Source: Staphylococcus epidermidis (GTDB lineage: Bacteria; Bacillota_I; Bacilli_A; RFN20; CAG-826). Taken from it: a stretch of DNA of 62,617 nt. The notes under the pieces are model-generated. The model saw only the letters and a program-made list of their open reading frames with translations. It was not told where the DNA came from and did not search any database. The stretch covers positions 1 to 62,617 of the forward strand of contig CAMCVC010000001.1 of NCBI GenBank assembly GCA_945879785.1, in the 5' to 3' direction. Below, piece after piece: positions 55,857-62,617 of the stretch (its first letter is position 1; the number at the start of each line of letters is the position of its first letter). A program made the translations under genes and the position numbers.

Positions 55857-56690
55857 TTATTTTAGATAAGCCTGAATGATACTTTGAACCCCTTGTTCTC
55901 CATATTGATCGACGAGAGATGTTAAAGTCTTTTTCACTTGTTCAACCATAGGCAAAGGGTGAAGACTTGATGCCAAAGCGATGGATAAATCCTTTAAAAA
56001 ATGTTTGAGATAAAATGTAGCCGACCAATCTTTTTCTAGCATTTTTGGGCCATAATGGGTGACACTATACGATTGCGCTGCTCCTGAGGATAAAATCGAA
56101 AGCACGTGTTTTAAATCTAGGTTTTTTTCGGTGGCGTAACTGAGGGCTTCTGCCAATCCAATCAATTGCCCAGCAATCGCAATTTGGTTTGCCATTTTTG
56201 CATGCTGACCCATGCCGGCTTTGCCCATATAGAAAATATGTTTTCCTAGCAGATTGAATAAAGGGAGTGCCGCCTCATACACTGCGCGATCGCCACCCAC
56301 CATGATCGTTAAACTTTTTTCAATCGCACCTTTTTTTCCACCAGTGACTGGGGCATCGAGTAGATTCATATCTTTAGCTTTTGCTTGTTGGTAAAGTGTT
56401 GCGGCTAATTCTGGACTAGAGGTGGTGAAGTCGATGATTGTGGTTTTTGGTTTGCTCTCACGTATTAGAAGTGTATAAATCTCTTTCACATCCGCTGGGG
56501 TTCCTAACATGGTGAGGATCATGTCTTGGTGTTTGATGACATCCACGAGATTGGTGACGACATGAATCCGCGGATCAATGGATGTTGCTTTTTCAATTCG
56601 ACGATTAAAGGCAGTAACTTGATGAAATGGCAAAAGATGTTTGATCATGTTTGATCCCATCACTCCTGTGCCAATCCATAAAATCTTCAT
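55857..56690 (-). CDS. NAD(P)-dependent oxidoreductase, 3-hydroxyisobutyrate/6-phosphogluconate dehydrogenase-like
   Basis: 277 aa. N-terminal ILWIGTGVMGSNM Rossmann motif and MGQHAKMANQ helix motif. Confidence 0.7.
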   Translation of the reverse strand: MKILWIGTGVMGSNMIKHLLPFHQVTAFNRRIEKATSIDPRIHVVTNLVDVIKHQDMILTMLGTPADVKEIYTLLIRESKPKTTIIDFTTSSPELAATLYQQAKAKDMNLLDAPVTGGKKGAIEKSLTIMVGGDRAVYEAALPLFNLLGKHIFYMGKAGMGQHAKMANQIAIAGQLIGLAEALSYATEKNLDLKHVLSILSSGAAQSYSVTHYGPKMLEKDWSATFYLKHFLKDLSIALASSLHPLPMVEQVKKTLTSLVDQYGEQGVQSIIQAYLK

Positions 56691-56748
56691 CGATTCATTT
56701 TATCCTTTTTAAACGATAAAAACCAAGGTATGCTAAAATAAAAAAGTT

Positions 56749-58029
56749 ATGGTGATTGCCCTTAGTTTATTTCTAGCGACCTATGTAGCATTACTTATTT
56801 TTTCTAATTTCAAAGCGTATATTGCCATTGCCATGGCAGGTGCATTTTTGCTTCTTGGTTTTACTGAACTCAGCAACGTTTTCTCCTCAGCAATGAATTG
56901 GAATGTGTTTATGATCATTGCAGGAACGATGATTGTGGTTTCCGAGTTTATTGAATCTGGGATGCCTGCTTTGTTAGCAGATTGGATGATGAGCAAAGTG
57001 TCATCAACCAAATGGGCCATCATCTTATTGGCAGCATTTGCCGGGATTGTTTCTGCGTTTGTCGATAATGTTGCCACGGTGTTGATTGTCGCTCCAATCG
57101 CCTTGGACATTGCTAAGAAAACCAAGATGTCGCCTGTACCTTTGGTGATTGCTGTGTGTGTATTTGCCAACATTCAAGGATTTGCCACGTTAGTAGGCGA
57201 CACCACCTCGGTCATGCTTGCAGGACCACAATTCGGGGATATGAACTTTTTTGATTTTTTCTTTGTTAACGGGACCATTGGTCCTTTCTTTATTGTGCAA
57301 ATTGGCACCCTCGCAAGTTTGGTGATGTTTTGGTTTATTTTAGGAAAACAACAATCGTCTATTGAATTTAAACATCAAACCAAAGTTGAAGATTATTCTC
57401 CAAGTTTCTTTCTTGCAGGAATTTTGATTCTACTGATTGTTGCCTCCTTTGTTCCTAATCTTCCCAATGAAATCAACGGATACATTACGTTAGGGATGGC
57501 CTTCATCTTTGTAATGTACCGCGTCTTCATTAAAAAGCAATCGAAGGCAATACTTAACGCTTATCAAGCGATTGATTTTGAGACGCTTGGTTTACTCTTT
57601 GGCTTGTTTATTTTAATCATGGGTTTAGACAATCAGGGCGTGATTGCTGCTTTAGGTGATTGGCTTGAATCGATTGGTAATGGCGATCCAATCATGATTT
57701 ACACAATCATTGTGTTCGCATCGGTTTTGTTCTCAGCATTTATCGATAATATCCCTTATGTTGCAACCTTATTGCCTGTGATGATGCGGGTGGGATTGAG
57801 TTTAAATCTAGGGATTCCCCCTTATCTATTGTTATTTGGTCTACTTGCAGGGGCGACGTTAGGTGGTAATTTAACCCCCATCGGGGCTTCGGCGAACATT
57901 GCTGGGATTGGCTTTTTAAAGAAAGTTGGATTTAAAGTGTCGTTTGCTGACTTTTTTAAGATTGGTTTTCCGATTACGCTTGCCGCTTTAACCACGGGCT
58001 ATATTCTAATTCTTGTGTTGTTTGCCTAA
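56749..58029 (+). CDS. ArsB/NhaD (CitMHS-like) superfamily anion permease
   Basis: 426 aa with about 11-12 TM helices. Inverted-repeat hairpin-like segments FVDNVATVLIVAPI and FIDNIPYVATLLPV. Confidence 0.6.
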   Translation: MVIALSLFLATYVALLIFSNFKAYIAIAMAGAFLLLGFTELSNVFSSAMNWNVFMIIAGTMIVVSEFIESGMPALLADWMMSKVSSTKWAIILLAAFAGIVSAFVDNVATVLIVAPIALDIAKKTKMSPVPLVIAVCVFANIQGFATLVGDTTSVMLAGPQFGDMNFFDFFFVNGTIGPFFIVQIGTLASLVMFWFILGKQQSSIEFKHQTKVEDYSPSFFLAGILILLIVASFVPNLPNEINGYITLGMAFIFVMYRVFIKKQSKAILNAYQAIDFETLGLLFGLFILIMGLDNQGVIAALGDWLESIGNGDPIMIYTIIVFASVLFSAFIDNIPYVATLLPVMMRVGLSLNLGIPPYLLLFGLLAGATLGGNLTPIGASANIAGIGFLKKVGFKVSFADFFKIGFPITLAALTTGYILILVLFA

Positions 58030-58127
58030 CCTGCAACTTAACAAACATTTCACGCAAGATAAGTAGTATCTTTTCCTATTCAATCCGGAATACTCGTATA
58101 ATGATTTTTGTATTTGGAGGAAATCAA

Positions 58128-60491
58128 ATGTTAGTACTAAAAGGTATCGTTAAGAACTATGTGGTTGCAAAACAACCTTTTCCCGCACTGCGAGGTGTGG
58201 ATTTATCGTTTAGAAACAATGAGTTTGTTTCTATTTTAGGACCATCCGGATGTGGTAAAACCACGATGATGAATATCATTGGTGGTTTAGATCGTTATAC
58301 GGCTGGTGACTTAATTGTCGATGGCAAGTCGACCAAGAACTTTACTGAATCTGAATGGGATAGTTATCGTAACGCGACGATTGGGTTTGTCTTTCAAACG
58401 TATAACCTTATCTCTCACTTATCTGTGTTAGATAACGTTGAAATGTCACTACGCTTGTCTGGGGTTGGTCAAAAAGAACGCCGCAAGCGGGCGATGGATG
58501 TCTTGATTGAAGTTGGTTTAAAGGATCACGTCTTTAAACGTCCTAACCAATTGTCGGGTGGTCAGATGCAACGGGTTGCCATCGCTCGAGCCTTAGTGAA
58601 TAACCCAAAAATTTTATTGGCTGATGAACCAACCGGCGCGTTGGATACCACCACCAGTGGTCAAATTCTTGATTTAATTAAAAAGATTTCCAAGGGCCGT
58701 CTTGTCATCATGGTGACGCATAACGCAGAACTTGCTTCGATTCATTCAGACCGCATTGTCAAACTTCTTGATGGCCGAGTGGTTGGTGATACACGGCCAG
58801 AAGTGATCGACACAGAAGCCAGTGGTAAGTTAATGACGAAACGTACCACCATGCCTTTTTCAACCGCTTTAAAAACTTCTGCGAATAATTTATTAACGAA
58901 AAAAGGTCGAACACTCATTACCTCCTTAGCGGGAAGTATTGGGATTATTGGGATTGCCTTGGTCTTGTCGATATCCCAAGGGATGACAACGTATGTTGGC
59001 ACGCTTCAAAGCGATACCTTGGCTGGATTCCCTATTACCATCACGCCTTCCATACGTCAATTCGGTCCACCAGATATTGCCAATCCAAGTAATTTAGATT
59101 TTCCAAGTTCAACCGTGGTGACTGAATATAACTCACGCCCTGATGAACACATCAATAATATATCCACAACCTTTATTGATTATTTAGAAGACATGCCTTC
59201 TCCATACTTCAATGCGGTCACTTACTCGAGAGCCATGGCCATGCAATTAGTCTCTAAAACCTCAGGAGGAGGTTATAAGTTATTATCCTCCACTGGCGGC
59301 GGCGCATTCTCATTTGCAAGAAGCTTTTATGAATTACCAAATAACATCGATTTTATCTCTAGTCAATATGATGTCTTGGCAGGACGACTACCTGATTTAA
59401 CCAAGACCAATGAGTTGGTCATGATCGTTGATGTTCGTAACCGAATCGACGCAGGGTTCTTTAGTGACTATGGTTTAGACATTGGTGATGGTCTTGATTT
59501 TGATAATATCATTAGCGACAATTCTGCCTTTGATGTGAAGTGGATTCCAAACAATGTGTTTTACACCCAAGGAACAGAAGGCGACAAAGTAAAGTTTTCA
59601 TTTAATCCATTTAGTGGTCAACAAATGTATAACAATGAACTTTCATTAGGCTTAAATATTGTTGGGGTGATTCGCGTGAAGCCTTCGGCAAGTGCTGAAT
59701 TATTGACGGCAGGGATTGCCTATTCACCAGCTTTAACTACTTATGCTTTTGATGATGCAACCGTCGGTTCAAAGCAATCACAAATTGTCACCGAACAAGT
59801 TAGAGTGTGGAATGATGATTCAAGAGATCCATACATCGTCACAGGAACCTTAAACGAATTCGCTAATGAAGCTGCTTATGAATTAACACTTAAGTCCATG
59901 GGTGGATCCACCTTGCCTGTTGGCGTTCAAATTTACCCAAGCACCTTTGATGATAAAGATCGCATCAAGGCTTACATCGATGAATATAATTACCTCGAAG
60001 ATGGTACCAGAAAACCATTGAACGATGTGATTATCTACACTGACTTGGCGGAAAACATTACCTCAACGATTACTGAGTTAATCAACACCATCGCGATTGT
60101 CTTAACCGCGTTTGCTTCCATCTCTTTATTTGTTTCATCGATCATGATTGGCATCATCACCTATGTATCGGTGATTGAACGTACCAAGGAAATTGGGATC
60201 ATGCGCTCATTGGGTGCACGAAAGAAAGACATCGCTCGTATTTTCAATGCAGAAACCATCCTCATCGGATTTGTATCAGGGGTGTTAGGTATTACCATTA
60301 CGTTGTTACTCAACATTCCAATTAACATCATTATCTTAAACTTAATTGAAGTTGCTGACTTCACTGAGTTATCACCGTTATATTCAATCGGCCTGATTTT
60401 ACTTTCCACCTTCTTAACTTTACTTGCAGGATTAATTCCTTCTGGTATTGCCGCTAGAAAAGATCCAGTGATCGCCTTAAGAACTGAATAA
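58128..60491 (+). CDS. Fused ABC transporter ATPase/permease, MacB/FtsX-like
   Basis: N-terminal ATPase has GPSGCGKTT, LSGGQMQRVAIARAL and LLADEPTGALD. A large extracytoplasmic domain and a C-terminal FtsX 3-TM bundle follow. ATG at 58128 has GGAGG upstream. Confidence 0.85.
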   Translation: MLVLKGIVKNYVVAKQPFPALRGVDLSFRNNEFVSILGPSGCGKTTMMNIIGGLDRYTAGDLIVDGKSTKNFTESEWDSYRNATIGFVFQTYNLISHLSVLDNVEMSLRLSGVGQKERRKRAMDVLIEVGLKDHVFKRPNQLSGGQMQRVAIARALVNNPKILLADEPTGALDTTTSGQILDLIKKISKGRLVIMVTHNAELASIHSDRIVKLLDGRVVGDTRPEVIDTEASGKLMTKRTTMPFSTALKTSANNLLTKKGRTLITSLAGSIGIIGIALVLSISQGMTTYVGTLQSDTLAGFPITITPSIRQFGPPDIANPSNLDFPSSTVVTEYNSRPDEHINNISTTFIDYLEDMPSPYFNAVTYSRAMAMQLVSKTSGGGYKLLSSTGGGAFSFARSFYELPNNIDFISSQYDVLAGRLPDLTKTNELVMIVDVRNRIDAGFFSDYGLDIGDGLDFDNIISDNSAFDVKWIPNNVFYTQGTEGDKVKFSFNPFSGQQMYNNELSLGLNIVGVIRVKPSASAELLTAGIAYSPALTTYAFDDATVGSKQSQIVTEQVRVWNDDSRDPYIVTGTLNEFANEAAYELTLKSMGGSTLPVGVQIYPSTFDDKDRIKAYIDEYNYLEDGTRKPLNDVIIYTDLAENITSTITELINTIAIVLTAFASISLFVSSIMIGIITYVSVIERTKEIGIMRSLGARKKDIARIFNAETILIGFVSGVLGITITLLLNIPINIIILNLIEVADFTELSPLYSIGLILLSTFLTLLAGLIPSGIAARKDPVIALRTE

Positions 60492-60525
60492 GCCATTGGC
60501 TTGAAAATCCTTTATAATCAATTCG

Positions 60526-61191
60526 ATGAAATTAACTTTATCGTTCTTATTTAAATTGTTTATCTTCTCTTTAAGCACCCTTGGTGTTTATTTAACCGTA
60601 AGAGATGTAGTCTATCCAATTGAAGCTCTGAGTTACTTCACCACCATCATCAATATTTTTACCGCATTTTTCTATGCGTTTTTCATCATTGAACTTGTCC
60701 TAAGAAAAGGTCCTCGCCCCTTGTTACGATTTTTTAAACAATCGCTCATGGTGTACCTCATCATGACGATGCTTGTCTACTCATTTATCTTAATTCCCTA
60801 CATCATTGAAGAACAAATCAATTATCAAATCTTTAGTGGTAAGGATTTGCTGATCCACTATGTTGTACCAATCAGCGTTCTTGTTGACTATATTTGGTTT
60901 GAAGAAAAAGGAAAAATAAAATCGTTTTACGCCCTTGCCAATATATTCAACATCGTCTTCTATGTCACCTATTTATCTCTTTATATATCGTTAGGTGGAC
61001 GCTTTCATTCCGGCAACAACCTATCCATCTATCCTTATTTTTTCCTAAACATAGAGCAAATAGGTCTTAATTCAGTGATCTTGGTTTGCTTAGGTATTCT
61101 GGTGGTGGTGATATTTGTAGGTTGGGTTATTTATATGATTGATCAACTCATCAGCATTCCTTTAAAGCTAAGTCAAGTCAAACGCAAATAA
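60526..61191 (+). CDS. Integral membrane protein of unknown function
   Basis: 221 aa with 6 hydrophobic helices. No motif recognised. Confidence 0.5.
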   Translation: MKLTLSFLFKLFIFSLSTLGVYLTVRDVVYPIEALSYFTTIINIFTAFFYAFFIIELVLRKGPRPLLRFFKQSLMVYLIMTMLVYSFILIPYIIEEQINYQIFSGKDLLIHYVVPISVLVDYIWFEEKGKIKSFYALANIFNIVFYVTYLSLYISLGGRFHSGNNLSIYPYFFLNIEQIGLNSVILVCLGILVVVIFVGWVIYMIDQLISIPLKLSQVKRK

Positions 61192-61211
61192 CTTGCATTT
61201 GCGTTTGACTT
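61175..61211 (+). terminator. Strong hairpin overlapping the stop codon of the upstream membrane-protein gene
   Basis: Perfect 15-bp stem AAGTCAAACGCAAAT / ATTTGCGTTTGACTT with a 7-nt loop. The T tract (CTTTTT) begins only 10 nt downstream, so this is a non-canonical terminator. Confidence 0.5.
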
Positions 61212-61244
61212 CATATAAACTCTTTTTCGTATAGGAGTTTATCG

Positions 61245-62174
61245 ATGAAAAAAATATTGTTACTTTGTTCAACCTTGGTCGCCATCTCCTTAGTGTCTTG
61301 TGGGGGTACTACCACTGAGGAGAAGTCTTTGATTGCAACGTTATTTCCTCAATATAGTCTCGCTGAGCAATTGGCAGGGGATTTGCTTGACGTTGAATTC
61401 TTATTACCGGTTGGTTCTGATCCCCATGACTTTGAACCTACCCCAAGTCAACGAGTGAACCTTAATAATGCTGATGTCGTTTTATTCACCAGTGAATCCT
61501 TTGAACAATGGATTCATTCTCTTGAAGACACCGCCACGGGAAAACTTGTTGATTTATCTCAAGTGGTGACATTGATAGAAGCGGGAGAACATGATCACGA
61601 CCACTTGATGACTGGGCCAAAGTTTGCAGAGGACCATGTTGAGGATGGTTTTGATCCTCATTATTGGTTAGACCCTTTGAACGGGTTGGCCATGCTTGAA
61701 GCGATTAGCGAAGAAATCTTATTGTTGGTTCCAGAACATACCTCGTTGGTGGAAAGTCGGAAACTCCTTATTCAAGAAGCTTTAGAAGACACCATTGAGC
61801 TTTATCAAGGATTGGTTCTTGAAGGTGTAGAACTCGATGTTGTCTTTGCCGGTCATAATGCCTTTGCTTATTTGACCAATTATGATGTCCATGTGCTCAC
61901 TCCCTATTCGGGATTTTCCACGGATGTCATTCCAACCGCGCAATCACTCATTGAGTTTTCTCAATTAATCTCAGACCTCGGCACCAATGTCTTGTATGTT
62001 TCTTCCTCCGATAATAATGCGGTGATTGAATCCTTGATGGATGCCAATCCATTGCTGGAAACCCAACTCTTATACACATTAGAAAACGTAAGCCAATCAC
62101 AGTTTGATTCAGCCATTCGCTATCAAGAATTATTGATGATAAACTATGAATCGTTATCACAAAGTGAAAACTAA
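61245..62174 (+). CDS. znuA: Metal (Zn/Mn) ABC transporter substrate-binding lipoprotein, cluster A-I
   Basis: 309 aa. Lipobox LVSCGG, GSDPHDFEP and DPHYWLDP. His/Asp-rich loop GEHDHDHLMTGPKFAEDHVEDG suggests zinc. Confidence 0.75.
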   Translation: MKKILLLCSTLVAISLVSCGGTTTEEKSLIATLFPQYSLAEQLAGDLLDVEFLLPVGSDPHDFEPTPSQRVNLNNADVVLFTSESFEQWIHSLEDTATGKLVDLSQVVTLIEAGEHDHDHLMTGPKFAEDHVEDGFDPHYWLDPLNGLAMLEAISEEILLLVPEHTSLVESRKLLIQEALEDTIELYQGLVLEGVELDVVFAGHNAFAYLTNYDVHVLTPYSGFSTDVIPTAQSLIEFSQLISDLGTNVLYVSSSDNNAVIESLMDANPLLETQLLYTLENVSQSQFDSAIRYQELLMINYESLSQSEN

Positions 62175-62617
62175 ACCCATCATTCAAATAAAAAACCTTC
62201 ATGTCACCTTTGATCAATTAAAGGTTATTCAAGATGCTTCCATTGAGTTTTATCTTCGTGATCAAGTCGTGTTGGTTGGTGCAAACGGGGCCGGTAAGAC
62301 AACGTTATTAAGAATTATTTTAGGTTTAATTAAGCCTGAAAGTGGCCTTGTTCAGATTCAATCCAATCTATCGATTGGTTATTTGCCACAAGTGCTTACC
62401 TTGGGTGACCGATTGTTTCCCATGACCGTCAAAGAAGTGATCAATCAAGGGTTAATTGCCAAGAAAACATTTCCACGATGGACCAATCAAGAAGATGGGA
62501 AGAAGATTGCTAAAGCCTTAAAACAATTTTCAATCGAAGATCTTGCAAACCAAGCGTTTGGGTTGCTCTCCCTTGGCCAAAAACAAATGGTTCTTTTTGC
62601 CCGGATGATGGTTCAAG
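62146..62617 (+). CDS. znuC: Metal ABC transporter ATP-binding protein (partial, runs off the window end)
   Basis: Read by eye: MNRYHKVKTKPIIQIKNLHVTF...LVGANGAGKTTLLRIILG. The frame is open to the window end. It overlaps znuA by 29 nt. Confidence 0.75.
   Translation, partial: MNRYHKVKTKPIIQIKNLHVTFDQLKVIQDASIEFYLRDQVVLVGANGAGKTTLLRIILGLIKPESGLVQIQSNLSIGYLPQVLTLGDRLFPMTVKEVINQGLIAKKTFPRWTNQEDGKKIAKALKQFSIEDLANQAFGLLSLGQKQMVLFARMMVQ

Noticed and set aside
56781-57173. 130-aa ORF antisense to the ArsB/NhaD-type permease, and similar antisense ORFs at 54470-54805, 60161-60496 and 29987-30337
   Set aside because: All are embedded in strongly supported genes on the other strand and lack motifs or SD sequences.
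1-62617. Mycoplasma genetic code (TGA = Trp)
   Set aside because: Long ORFs are intact under code 11. TGA serves as the stop in several ATGA-coupled junctions where homologous proteins end.
1-62617. Mobile elements, prophage, defence islands, and tRNA or rRNA genes
   Set aside because: I saw no transposase, integrase, recombinase, restriction, Cas or toxin-antitoxin-like ORFs. No intergenic region is long or structured enough for tRNA or rRNA. No flanking long direct or inverted repeats were noticed by eye.

Overview
This 62.6-kb chromosomal segment comes from a low-GC bacterium of the Bacillota/Mollicutes lineage. Gene content looks most like an Acholeplasma-type organism: many lipobox lipoproteins with Ser/Thr/Pro linkers, heavy nucleobase and nucleoside salvage, a fused MacB-like ABC transporter, and mevalonate plus carotenoid genes. 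It uses the standard genetic code, because TGA terminates ORFs and occurs in ATGA stop/start overlaps. I call about 71 tightly packed protein-coding genes. I saw no rRNA, tRNA, CRISPR array, transposase, integrase or phage gene. Main blocks, in order: (1) late staphyloxanthin-type carotenoid genes crtQ-crtO opposite crtP; (2) mutY, gpx and an ABC exporter; (3) the salvage genes psuG, upp, apt and hpt; (4) the mevalonate operon mvk-mvaD-mvaK2-fni-ispA; (5) the phosphonate-type importer phnDCEE with two translationally coupled unknown genes; (6) marR-fabV; (7) a BMP-family nucleoside ABC importer; (8) phoPR-pstSCAB-phoU; (9) a deoxynucleoside kinase and udk; (10) two tandem paralogous lipoproteins; (11) a serine-palmitoyltransferase-like alpha-oxoamine synthase coupled to an SDR; (12) a Zn-type ABC importer. 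The best candidates for something undescribed are the SPT-like/SDR pair (a possible genetic basis for sphingoid lipids in this lineage), the P-loop kinase plus unknown gene coupled to the phn transporter, the tandem FMN_bind-like lipoproteins, and an untracked 45-aa Pro/Arg/Gly-rich small ORF. All functional calls rest on motifs read by eye and recalled family sequences. No database search was run.
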